From the NCBI GenBank assembly GCA_010356995.1, contig ML996692.1, positions 124,001-188,000 of the forward strand: a DNA stretch of 64,000 nt. The letters are read 5' to 3'. The notes under the pieces are model-generated. The model was given only the letters and a program-made list of their open reading frames with translations. It was not told where the DNA came from and did not search any database. Position numbers and translations under genes: made by a program. The first letter of the stretch is position 1. Each line of letters starts with the position of its first letter. The DNA comes from Trichodelitschia bisporula (lineage: Eukaryota). Below, piece after piece: positions 24,201 to 37,100 of the stretch.

Positions 24201-27200
24201 GGCGATAAGGTAGAAAAAGAAGACCACTCCAGCGCGAAAGTTTTCTTTGGCTGTAAGCCCGATGAGACCGAGGAGACCGACCAGAACCGTAAAGGCAAGT
24301 CCACCAACCAGTCGCGTGAGAATGAACATATTCGCGGCTGAAAAGGCCATGGAAATCAAGTAGTACGTCCCGCCTATTGAGATCCATGTGCCGATGGCGC
24401 CGGAAAGCAGAAGAGATACCATCAACGCCAAAGTGGCGTTCTTGCTGTCATCGATGGACATGCTGCCACTGAGATAGAGCCCGCGTTTTATTGTTGTTAA
24501 GAGAATAATGTCCACGAGTGCTGGGATCGCAAAAACACTGAGGAAGGTAAATTTTCTGTACCCCGGCATCACACTTTCTTCTTGTTCCGGGTCGATGTCC
24601 GTCTGCGCCGCAGCATATGCAGATGCAAAAGCTGGGGCGTTATTGATCCACATCGGAGGTTGATTCTCCGGCAAAGTGTAGAATGCACGATGTCGATCCG
24701 ACAAGAGCTTGCCAAAAGAGCTCGGCGACACGTCAAAGTATGCCTCGCATCTCGATCCGAGTGCAAACAACTCCGCAAAAGCGGCACTCTGGTCCGAAAA
24801 TTCGTTGAACAGGGGATTGCGGTCCTGGACTTCGACATACACTTCTTCAAACGCGGCCTTCCGGGCGGCACAAAATAGGGAGAAGAGCAAGATGTCCACA
24901 TAGGGATCGATGCGGGGTTGGCCATCTGGACCGGCTTGCGCAACCACGATGCTTTCAATAACATTCGTGATTATGTCAAGGTCATCGTAGTGCCTGTTGT
25001 GGAGGATGTCTCGAAAGGCGAAGTGAACATCTGTAAAAATCTCTTGTGCAGTCATGACGTCCAGCTGCTCGAATCCATGTTGGCGGTACCACTTGACTCG
25101 CGATGCGACGAGGTCCTCTGTTGAAATGGAGTCTCTTAGGTACTCCACATTACCGTATTGCTTGAGCTGCTCAAAGGTCGGGGTCTCCAGCAGGATCTCC
25201 TCGCACCGGGTTTTGATTTTGTTGAGCAGTGGACAGCGCTCGTTCCATGTCGAAAACTTGTACTGCTGGAGGAAGAGAAGCACATCTGTTGGAGACAACA
25301 GGTCGAGGTCTTGATTCAAGCGTACGGGTAGCGTATCTTGGAGCCAAGGTGGCGCCGAACACTTGTGGAAATCCAGCTCCACCAGGAGGCAATGGTAACG
25401 AGAAACTGAGCGGTAGCTGAGGTAGGTGTGCATGACTGTGGATGCCATATCCTGTGTGTTTTTGGAGACGTAGATGCAAAGCCCACCGGTCCGGCGGTCA
25501 ATCTCGAAAACTGACCAGAACTGCGAAGACGCAGATCCGTGGAATCCAGAATCGATACCCTTGTATATCTGAATAGGATCACTGGACTGATCTAGGTCCG
25601 ACGCTTTGTTGAGGAGTTCAACAAGGTCCCGCAAAATGCGAACTGCAGTTGCTGGGCTATTGCTAGCGGCATGGGAAGCGAGATACCGTTGTATCGGAAT
25701 AGCCATATTCCGAACATCGGCAGGAGACAGTTGGATGAGCAAGCCGAGTCTTCGGAGACGCCGCTGAGATTTGACCACTTCTGCAAAGGCAGTGTCCGTG
25801 ATGTGTAGGCCAACGGGGAAGCATCCAAGCCCGGTGTAATTTGCGCCGGTGAGTGAAATGGAAAGGGGATCAAGCCCTGACTTGCTGATGCCCGCGACCC
25901 ACTCCACACCATTTCGGTTCTCTGCGAGAGTTCCATTCTCCGATCGCAGATGCAAGGAGTCGATCATGTGGTGTTCCTGCCCCTGCAAGGTGAAGGTGGT
26001 CGAAATGGAACTTGTGCCCGAGTCTCGTTCAAGAGCACCGAGTATGTATCGGATGCTCGGCAGGATGCATTCGATGGCCTCGAAGTCTTTGACATATGGT
26101 GGGTGGTTCAAGCTGATTTGGTGATTGAGCCGGTACGCTTCGTGGATCTTCATGACCCGCTGATCCTTGAGCCATTGGAACGCTGCCAGGGGCTCGAGAA
26201 CAGGCATGTTATCCTCCGCGCTCATCACAGACGCCTCCGAGCCAATCCAGACCAGTGCACCATGGTAACCACACCATGCATAACTCCGCTTCACGACCGC
26301 ATGCGACACCTCTATGCGATCATCTACCGTATCCCAGATCATTGTGGTGAACGGCCGCAGACAGGCTTGCGATACGAAGGCCCGAGTCGTCGACTTCAAC
26401 TTCTCCATCTGAAAGAAGTCTCTAGCCTGGCCATTGGGCAGGATAGTGCCGTTTCGGATGAGCATGCCAGCAAAGAGACCGAGGTCGGGCATCTTCACAT
26501 CCTCCAGAAAATGAGGTGGAACGACTTCCAAGTAAACATCGAAGCCAAGTTCGCTGAGGTACTTGGCAAGAGAGTTGAGGACCGGGGCGGGGAGGTTCCG
26601 CCAGCCGGCAAGAAGGAGCCCGGTAAATGCCCTTTGCGCTCCGGGATGCCGAAAGAGAGTGTCAATAGCTCCGAGAATCCTTTCCAGTGATCGCAGCATC
26701 TTGGAGTCGCTTCCAGCCGACTCCGAGCTAACCAGCTGGTAGAGATCCAGCCTGCCGACGACATGTGGTGAGAGATTCTGGTCAGGGTCGGACAGTGCAT
26801 CCAGCACACCGGCCTGTGAAGGGTCGAGGACAATGAGATCATAGCGGCTGAGAAGTCTGGTCTCGTCATAGTTGGGTGGATAGTGAATGGTTCCGAGGTA
26901 TACCCCAAAGGAAGTGGGTTTGGAAAGAACCTTTCCGAGCGCGCTGAACGCGATGTCGCTCTCGGTGAAATGGAGGCGGAGGCGCTTTGCTATTCGTCGT
27001 GAGATCTTCGAGTGATCTGTTTTTCTCTGCGGGATATCAACATGCGCCCATCTGCTAAGGAGGGGTAGACGGACTTGCAAGAAGCTTCGAACCAGCTTCA
27101 CCAGGAACCACGCAACGGCCACCCCACCCACAACTCCACTGGCGGCGATGACTGATATCAGCGCCCATTGCCACCAGTCTCTAGCCACCACGCCATCCGC

Positions 27201-27230
27201 AAATGGTTTGATGTCCAAAACTTCCGCCAT
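18296..27230 (-). CDS. gtb3: Giant membrane-integral GT4 glycosyltransferase, GAG synthase (~2950 aa)
   Basis: The 2548-aa and 407-aa ORFs are joined by a 46-nt intron 19621-19576 (ILP|CADFFNP). C-terminal GT-B motifs HVWFAKDIK and NSSVSEGLPLALGEAALTGAPVVCTDVG; PelF-like N-lobe (QASHHSVSAAYG...WDHAISWRE); roughly a dozen central hydrophobic helices. Sits next to agd3/ega3/sph3/uge3. Possible in-frame intron 27074-27027. Confidence 0.92.
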
Positions 27231-29224
27231 ACAGAGCTTCCAGCACCGGCATCGGGTACTGGTGAAGCAGAGAACAAAGGGGTACTCCGCTATTAGAAAT
27301 TAAGACCTGCGGACGGTGGGGCGGTTGTAGAGGAAAAGCGACATGCAGAGAGACTTCGCGGAAGGCATAGTGACGGTGCTTAGCACCTTGAGAAGCTCAC
27401 TCAGCAAAAGGGACGGGATAGAGGGGCGTAGAAACGAGCGGCGGCAAGATCCAGTGTGTGCACAAAGTCTCCACGTGCGTTAGATACTCGTGTGGGGAGC
27501 AGCACGACAGGTCGGCCAGGTCAAGGCCGTGAAAGTGCAATGGGTCAGCTGTCGGCAAAGGAAACACTGTTGGCAAGAATTACGATCTCAATCGGGGAAA
27601 CTGGACGCCATGGGTACCGCGGCCAGCACCACGCACCATCTCTACCTGTGGCAGACTGCAGAAAGCGTGTAGTCCCAGAGAGTAGGGAGCGGCTCTTTAG
27701 CGCGGTCTCCCACAATAGAACGCTGGGGACGCGCACCAGCGGAGAAGGCGTAATTGCAGCCATGGTGTGCTTGCGAGCCTGGTGACTGGGGCGAAATGGG
27801 AGGATCCTCGGTCCTTGACACACATATTGGAGAGTTAAAGGCGGAGGGCGGGGACCGTAGAAGAACTCCCATAAAGGCGAAACGGGCAGTCTTGGATGGT
27901 GTGGTGGGATATAGACCGAATTGACATGGGAATTTGGGAGATTTTGATGAGGTTGAAGTGGTGAGGTTCAATCCGCAAGGTTGAGGTGCGTCAGCCACAG
28001 AGCGGGTGCAGGGGTCAGGGTTCCCCAGTGGGGGTGCCCTTTCGCTTGGCCGCGGGGGAAGAAGGCAGACGTCTACTGCGTACATACCAGGCGCCCAGAG
28101 ACTCGGAGAAACCGTACCAGTGGGATTTTTTGACAGGAGAAATGCGGTTGAAGCAGCAAAAGTACGATAAGGCATCGCTAAACACTGGAGAGGACTCGAA
28201 GGCCCCCGATGTTCGAGAGCAGTTAATATCAGGCTGTTCCCCTTCCCCCACACTTGCACGCCCCGCCATAACTTCAAGACAAACGTGTCCCCCCCCTCCC
28301 ACTATGCAAGTACCACTGTACAATGTACACTTTGCATTCGTATACTGCGCATTGTATACTGTACACAGCCGGCCCTTCTGATCAGAGTGAGGAGTAAGTG
28401 AAGGTGAGTGAAGGTGAGGATAAAGAGCAGGGATGCCCCACATCATAACCAAAAGCTCGGACCGCGGGGTCGTCATCACTTTGGTACGACTGACTGCGAT
28501 TGACGGGCTGCGACTGCCATTGACCACCCACCCACTGCCACTCAACATCGTGCCGCGTTAATGAGGCCGAGACGAGTCTACCATGCCACTCTTTTCCCCC
28601 TTCCAAGCACACCCGTCAGCAACCTCCCACACCTAACGCCCACCACTCTGCCGTGACCACTATTCCTTCTCGCCCGGACGGCCACTTTGCATGATGCTTA
28701 CACCTCGGTCAAGGACGCGTGCCTGGCAATTGCACAGAAATGAATTCCCCCATGTCAACCTGGCAAGCTCCAATTCCGGGGCCACGGTGCTCTGGGTTCG
28801 TACGGCACACCCGCAAAATCCCATCCTCTTTCCAATCTTTCATACTTAGCATCACCGGCGCCGCTACACGCCTACGAAAATTCCGGGTCCCTTGCTTTAC
28901 GACGAGATCACGTTCAGCAACTCTCTTTTGCCCCAGGTTTGGAGGAGGTTATGTCAGTTGCGTAGGTGAAGGTTCGTAGACTGCCGCTCCTAAGAATCTC
29001 GGCGAAGTCTTGTCTAACGAGATCAAAGGCTTCTTAAGAAAAGGTGTGCAGAGCGGAGAATGAAAAAGGTGCCACCGGCAACTTCGCGGCCTCGAATCTC
29101 AACTCCTGCTGACATCCAGAGCAGACGATCTCCACTGCATGACCTCTTGACCCAACTGGCTATTGGCGGCGCTTCGTCTCCACTCAACACTCGTTTACAA
29201 AATTGCGCGTTCCCCGTCCGGAAG

Positions 29225-31722
29225 ATGGCACGAACGCTCCTGTCATTATTGCGCTTGCGCTTTTTCATCTTCGCCGCAATCCTTCTCCCGCTGGTCTCGG
29301 CAGCACTCACTACGAAATCAACTGTTCTTATAATAGCTCGCGACGATGCGTCCGCTAGATCTGCGCACTCTGGTCTCCAAGGTTACGGAATCCCTTACCG
29401 TGTTCTTTTGGTCCCGCAAACCGGAGCGCCGTTGCCACCTCTGAGCTCCGGGCCGACTTCGGGTAACTTCGGTGGTATCGTCGTTCTCAGCGACGTTTCG
29501 TATAACTATGGGACACCTCCGAATCCGTACCGCAGTGCCTTGACGGACGCGCAATGGACGCAATTGTATGAGTACCAAAAGACGTTCAAGGTTCGCATGA
29601 CCCGGATTGATGTGTATCCTGAAGTTCAGTTTGGTATGTGACTCTTTCATCGCATATAACATTTGCTGACCAAGAAAGGCACTTTGCCCGTCCTTAACGG
29701 AACCGGTTGCTGTAATCCCGGTCAAGAACAGCTTGTGAGCATTTCTAACTCATCCGCATTCCGCACCGCGAACATCAAGACGGGCGCTGGTGTCAGTACG
29801 CAAGGTCTGTGGCACGTGCCTGGAAAGGTGGTTGATCCTGCCACGACATGGGAAATTGCGACCTTTGAGCCGGCCGAGCAGTTCACGGAGAGGACCACTG
29901 CGGGTGTTATCAATATTCAGCCGGATGGTCGGGAGCAGATGGTGTTTTTCCTGGGTTGGGCTTCCGATTGGTCGTCTGCTTCCAGTTATCTGCAGCACGC
30001 CTGGATCCACTGGATGACCCGTGGTCTCTGTAAGTTGACGATCGTATATGGGATTCCATGTCTAATGCAAGCTCCAGATGTCGGCTTCCGGAGAATCTAC
30101 TTCAATACGCAGGGTAGGGATTGGACACCTGAATGAAGGACCTTAGCTGATAACGTACAGTGGATGACATGTTTCTGGTCACTGATCTTTATCAGGTATG
30201 TGGCTTTGCTGCATGACCCAAATCTCGGGTTTGCTAACCCAATCTTAGCCTCAAGGGTCGACCTTCCGTATCCGTCCAGCCGATATGGAACACCATATCA
30301 CTTGGCAAAAGTCCATCAATGCCCGCCTGCCCAAGGGTTCCCAATATGTGATGGAGATTGGTCACAATGGAAACGGAGACATCGAAGTAAGATGTTCGTG
30401 CCACGTGACTGACATCGACTGACCTTCCTTAGGCTGCTGTTTCCCTTGCAACCAATGGCCAGTGCAATCCGGTCGAAGCCATTGAGTACCCCGAGCAGAT
30501 TGATACCGCCCTGGAGTTTACCAAAACCCCTGGAAGCGGTGCCGATGTCTGGCCCGGTGCTCCGGTCGTCTACCAGTGGAACTATGCATGTGAGAACCTG
30601 GACCCCCTTTTCCGCTGGTTCCGCAACCCTGCCAAGCGCGATGCCTTTATGCATCTGTCTCATACCTTCACCCACGAGGCTCTGAATAACGCCACGTACA
30701 ACGACTGCTCCAAGGAGATTTCCTTCAACAAGGTTTGGCTCCAGCACTCCAGCATCTCCGCCGCCAAGTGGTTCTCGCCTAATGGATTGATTCCGCCTGC
30801 CATTACTGGCATGCACAATGCCGACGCAATCAAGGCCTGGCTGGACAATGGCATCAAGTATGTGGTTGGCGACAACACACGTAAAGTCTTGATGAACCCG
30901 GTATGAGTATTAGCACAATCTCTGACCTAAGCTGACATGAAGTAGCATAATCCGTATTGGCCTCTGATCTCAAGTGTCGCAAGTAACGGCTATGCCGGTG
31001 TGGTCATCGTGCCTCGGTGGGCGACAACCATCTACTACAATTGTGATCTGCCTGACTGCACGCTCCAGGAGTGGATCAACACGTCCGGTGGTTCCGGCGA
31101 CTTCCAGCATCTGCTCGACGACGCTCGCAACACGAACAGCAGGCATCTTCTCACTCTCCACTGGGATCCGTAAGCTGCCAATATTACCGCTTTTGCAACG
31201 CTGACGCAGCTAGTTTCATGTTTCATCAGGCCAACTTGCGCCAGGCCGATGTTCCGGCCGTTCCCATCAACGGTGTCATGCAGAAGCTGTCGCTTATCCA
31301 GATCTGGACCGAGGTCGTACTCCAGGAGATGGTTCGCTTGTAGGTGACCCCGGCTTAGACACTATGTCATACTATCCCCGATATCATTACTGACACCTAT
31401 TCCCAGGACGGATTGGCCAATCATCACGAAGAAACATGATGACACGGCAAAGGCTTTTCTCGACCGTATGGCGCGCGATCAGTGTAGCCCGACGCTCAAC
31501 TGGAATTACGCCAACGATGGCAAGAGCATCGTCAGCGTCACCGTTAACACGGTGACGAGCAACAAGTGCAGCGTGCCCATCCCCATTACGTTCCCAACCA
31601 ACATACGGTCCATCCCGTCGGGGGCAACGCGGGAGCAGGTGGGCTCAGATCCACTTACTCTTTGGGTCAAGCTCAACGGCCAACCGATCACCGTTCAACT
31701 CAGCCAACCGCTGAAGCTGTAA
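29225..31722 (+). CDS. agd3: Secreted GAG (poly-GalNAc) deacetylase, CE18 family
   Basis: Signal peptide MARTLLSLLRLRFFIFAAILLPLVSA, then TVLIIARD...GLQGYGIPY. Catalytic motifs after splicing: TQVDDMFL, GHNGNG, HLSHTFTH, PPAITGMHN, PRWATTIYYNC, FMFHQANL. Eight GT-AG introns visible. Confidence 0.92.
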
Positions 31723-33140
31723 AGAGTACGGAGAACATTGATGGCGTTGTGTAGAGCTAAGCCTTTCTTTTGCACTGTTGCATTTGGTTTACACGCGGCG
31801 TAGTGGGTGAAAAACTATCGTCACCTTTCATTGCATTTTTGGTCTTTTTACCGCTTTCTCTGCAACGTGCAGATAAACTGCACAAAGTGTGGATATCCGG
31901 GGAAGGGAGGAGCCGAGCTCAGGGCTGCAGCGGCCGGCCCGATATTGTGCATATTTTGATGAGGCCGTTGGACTCGTCAGAGAAAAAGGGCTATTGGGAG
32001 TTTAATGCCACGTTCAAGGCCGGGGCTAGCTGGCAACTCGCCAGGATCGCCAGTCTTAAGTAAATATAGTATGCTATACACTGGTAGATCAGTCTTTCTC
32101 GAACCTCTGCATTGTCCATGGTGAGAACTACACTAGCGGGGCTGCTTTTGCGGGGACTGCACACTCATTTACGGCATATGACGTGAACAACGAAAAAATA
32201 TTCACGAAGCCGAAACGAGAATGAAGAAAAGGCCTCAGTAGATCTGCCTCTTCTGTCACCGACCCAAGTGACGCCGATCTCAAAACTTCGGTCCCCGCAT
32301 CTGCACTCGCGCCATATATTGCCCACGCCCCGCCCTACGCAAGAAGCGCATCACCTGCCCCCCAACGCAAGTACCTTCCCCATGAGCAGGGTAGCACATA
32401 TACCTGGGACAGTGAGCAGGGCGCTAGGGTGCTGAAACGAGGAAAGTGGAAACCTGCGCAAAGTGCGGCAGTCGGGGGGTGGGCCAATCAAACCCCGGCT
32501 GGGCGGACGCTTCAGCCTCGCGTGCAATCTCGCGCCTGAGTGCTCGTTAAGCCGGCGAAGATGGCAGGCAAGCTCGCGCACAGCCACAGGTGCTTTGGGA
32601 AGGCTAGGGACAGGTGGTGCTTTGGGGCAGGTGGGCTACTTTGGGGCATTTGGGCTGTGGGGGAGGAGGCGGGCGTACATACTTGAGGGCTGCGCCAAGC
32701 GTGGGAATCTGACTGCGGCGAAGGTCGGTCTTTTACCTATCTTACTGAGTTGCGGAGCCGTTCACGGAGGGTGAGACGAGATTCTTCTCCTGGATTGCAA
32801 CTTCATTGCAGCTACTCGCTTCAGAGACATAGGAGAGGGAAACTCCCAGGTTGCTGCTGCTGCCGCTGCCGTCACCGTTACTGAAGGACCGGATCCCGCG
32901 ATCCAGCTCCTGATCGCCCAGATTCCCGCTGCAATCTTTGCGAATCAATGAGCACTTGGCAAACACTACGGGACTGAACCGCCCAGCCCCGCTCACGACG
33001 TCGCAGCGTGGACACGCCGCCGAGGCCACTGCGACCGCCGCCGTACCGCCATCACCACTCCCGTATTCACCAACACAGCAACACAACATCAGACAAGCAC
33101 GGCGCCGTCGCCACATACACACCCCACCGCGCCCACCGCC

Positions 33141-34195
33141 ATGGACGCCAGCCCGCGGGGCCTCACCGGCCCGCGTCGCTGGTCCTGGAAATCGATATCC
33201 CCAAAAGCGCGCTGGACCATCATCGCCATCGTCAGCGCCTTCGTGATCCTCGCACTCGGCCTGGGGCTCGGCCTCGGCCTCACTCTCGGCGGGGGCAACG
33301 ACGCCGAAGGCGACCTAAGCAACGCAGCGCCGCTCGCACCACCACCCGCCGACTTGCAAATCTGGAAGCCGTCCGTCAACGCAACCTGGCAGATCGTGTT
33401 GCTGAAGCCGCTAGCGCTGGCGCCGGACGCGAACTCGGTGGAGCCGGATGTGGATGTCTACGACATTGATTTGTTTATCAATCCGAAGAGTACGGTGGAT
33501 GCGCTGCATCGGCTTGGGAAGAGGGTGGTTTGTTATTTTAGTGGGGGGAGCTATGAGCCCAACCGGCCTGATTCGAAGAGTTTTAAGGATTCGGATAAGG
33601 GGAAGGGGTTGGAGGGGTGGCCGGGGGAGCGGTGGTTGAATTTGAATAGTGAGGGTGTGAGGCAGATTATGGCGAAGCGGATTCAGTTGGCGGCGCAGAA
33701 GGGGTGCGATGCTATTGATCCGGACAATGTGGATGGCTTTGTACGTACCGATCCTGAGCTGCCTGATACGAGACTGACGAGATGCAGGATAACAAGAACG
33801 GGTTGGGTCTCACGCAAGCGGATTCAATCCGCTTCATGTCGTACTTGGTGCAGCAAGCGCAGAAGCACAACATGGCCATCGGCCTCAAGAACGCAGCGAA
33901 GATCATCCCTTCGGTGCTGCCTGCCATGCAGTTCTCCGTCAACGAGCAGTGCGTGCAGTATGCGGACTGCCGCAGCTTTGCGCCCTTCGTTGAAGCCGGG
34001 AAACCCGTCTTCCACATCGAGTACCCCTCCGAAGTCAAGCCGGACTTTGCGGCAAACTTTTGCAACAAAGACTTCAAGCCCGCGCAGGGCTCGGATGGCT
34101 TCTCGACTGTCATCAAGAACATGAACCTCGACGGCTGGGTCGTGTATTGCAACGGACAGACGGCGAGAACACCTTTGGCCGACGGAGACCGCTAG
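33141..34195 (+). CDS. ega3: Endo-alpha-1,4-galactosaminidase, GH114, with N-terminal membrane anchor
   Basis: TM anchor ending LALGLGLGLGL; WQIVL, VYDIDLF, VCYFSGGSYE, WPGERWL, GCDAIDPDNVDG, IGLKNA, VNEQC, KPVFHIEY. Intron 33741-33787. Confidence 0.93.
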
Positions 34196-37100
34196 CAGGT
34201 TTTGCTCGCATTCGGACTTAGATTTGTTTATTCTGCCTCATTTTGAATGTCTCGTTCGGCGCTGGGTAAAGGGATTGCAGTCTTGGGATAGCGATGTGCA
34301 TACTCTGGAGTTTCGAGATTCTCTAGAGAAGTGAGCTTGGATTTTTTTTTTGCCATCAAAGCTGCAACCAGCCTTACCTAATTATTGTGGTGCTGCGAAG
34401 GTCATAAGACTTTGATGTGTGCAAGTGCCACCCAACCACGATCGGACCTAGATCCCGCCTTAGCCATCTCGGATCTTTGCGCTTGAAACAAGCAAGTGCG
34501 TCTTCCATTTTGCTTCTTCGCCTTCCGACGGGAGATCCGAAGGACAGCAAATTTTTGACAAGGGAACGACCCCCCTCTACACCCCCGATCTCGGTGGGAG
34601 ACTCAGTTTAAGCGAGAATAGAGCTTCTAGAGAAAGGCATATGAGCGCTAGAAGAAAAATGTTCGATAAAGATTAGTTCAGGCATCTAGAAGAGCCCAGA
34701 CTTCACGATGTATCCCATGCGGAGAGATCATCACCATCAGCGATCCTCGGGTGGATCTCCATCCCCAGATCCTCATTGCTTCTAGAAGCTCAAATCCGAT
34801 TCGCACGGCATGTCCGCGCGCCCATCTTACACGATCACGACTTAGTTGGGCCACAGTTATACTGTACTGTATACTGGGCCAGGGCAGATATGGCAAGGTT
34901 CAACCCGAGAGGAGCATGGCATTAGGCAAGAGCAGCCAAATTACTCGCCAGAGCCTGGGCGTGTGGGGTCCCCTTGGGGAAGAGGGGCGCAAAGACCAAC
35001 AGAATCTCCACGGGAGCGCTGTATCCAGGAACAAGTGTAGGCCAGTCCTTGCAAGGCTGCGCAGCACGGTCGGCGCCTTAATTCTAGAAAACATGGGATT
35101 TAATGGTGAACGCGCGTTGCCTTTGCACGGACGTAGGGCCTCGTTTGAGCACGAGAGAAGGTGAGAAATTCTAAGGAGGCGGCATTGGCGTTCTCTTGTG
35201 CATCATATGAGCACTGCGTTTGTGCCTAACTAGCAAATTGGCGGGGGCGGATAGCGTCGCTATGCAGCGGTAGAGCGTCGGACGTCCTACCACTGTGCTA
35301 TTAACATAGCGCGGAAGTTCATGGAACGGGAACGGTTCGCACGATCATTCGTGCAGAAATGCCGTACAACGGTGATCATAGGCACCAATATAACCCTACG
35401 TCAGTGCTACAGGCCCGCAAACTATTCCAACGATTACATGAGCAAAAGCGGCTCTGAAATGTGGGGTGGCCGTAAGCATCCCAGAAATCCCCAGAAAGCG
35501 GAAGACGGGGTCTCGGCTTCTGCAAGGGTGGGGTAACAGCACCTTCAGCCGCGAGCCTCGGGACGCCGCTGCCGCCGCTAACTTGCTCGTTAACCCTCTT
35601 AGGCGCAGGATCAGTTGGGTTAGTACGTGGCAGGGCCGGTGATTACGCGCGGTCTCCAGGTCAACATTTGGGAGGGAAGACCAGCGACTCCGTCTCATGA
35701 ATGGTTGGCCGCGTGAGTAACACGAGGAATACTGGGTCAGAGTCGGTGAGGCCCAACCGTCCGATATCTCGGCGGACGTCGTCGGAAGGGAACAAATGGA
35801 GCAGTACACGGCTTCCCGTGCCGTTTCTGGAGGAACGAAGCTCCCAGGACATCGGGCATCGTCGCGGTCCTGAATCCCGACCACCGATGTGCCCCAAGCT
35901 CATTGAAAGTGATGGCAAACTAGTGATGATGATCGAACATGCGGAGACAGCAGAGGCCATGAAGTGAGCAATGTGCACTTCGGCCGGGGCCATGACTCGT
36001 CGGATAGAATCAATGTCGTCACCCGGGCTCTGCAAAGGGACAGAGAGGCGGCATTCGTCCAATGCCGTACTCAGGTTGCATTCCTCGGGAGTTCGAGCGA
36101 AAGTCCTCCAAAGAATCAGAAAAGATGGCCCAAAGAAGACAGCACGGTGAACTTGGCATCAATCTAATCGTGACGCCGAGAGCGAGATCTACCAATCTCG
36201 ATGCAACCGCATGCCACATCCTGACGAACATCCAAGGCTGACACGAGTCGAATCCCCGGTACGGACGGTAACGAGCGCAAATAAGGCGAAGAGAAGACGG
36301 AAAAACTTCGCAATAGTGCTGGAAGATGGCGGAGGATGGAGATGACATTTCGGCCGTGCTTGATGTGAGGTTGGAAGACTCCGAGCTCGGCCGAACAGAA
36401 CTTCCGGCCCGAACTTGCATCCACCAATCACAGCCCGGTAATTTCTGTACAAGGGAAGGCGTAGCCTTTTCTGCCCGCTTTTCATCCTTCCTAGCATTCC
36501 ACCCCCCAGTCTCGAGCCCAGCCTTGACCCCCACGATCACTCCATCATTGCAGCACGCCTCGTATGCCTCACCCCGCCATTGTCGTCAGCCACTCTACAA
36601 GCTGCCCCCACATACAGCAGCCAAGTTCATACTCGAGCTTGGCCGCCGCCCAACAGCTTCTAAATTTACCTCCCCCGCCATTCAGTCTCTCTGGGCGCAC
36701 CCAAAATCTGGGTTGCCGAGCTTTTAGCAGCCGTAATGTTGCGTGTGTGTGTGGGCCTCGTGGGCTGCAAAATACAAGCCTACCGAGGCCATGCAGCGGC
36801 CCAAAAAAAGAGTCTAGGCCTTGGTCGCTTTCTACCCCTCCGCACCCTCGTCTCGAAGCGGACACGCATGGGGGAAGGTGACGTGGAATCCTATCCACGA
36901 TCTATCGCATGGCCCGGTTCGTCGACCACGCGCCGCGCTCTCACCAAGTCCCCCAAGCCGCCGCGACATCCATCCCAGTCCTAAGAGCCGCCCGCCGCGA
37001 GCCGGCAGACAAGCCACCCGGGAGGCTAAACGACAAGCTCGGCAGACCATTTCGAGGCTTCGGCAGACCCATTGAGGCTTCGTTCCTCATCCATTCCTTC

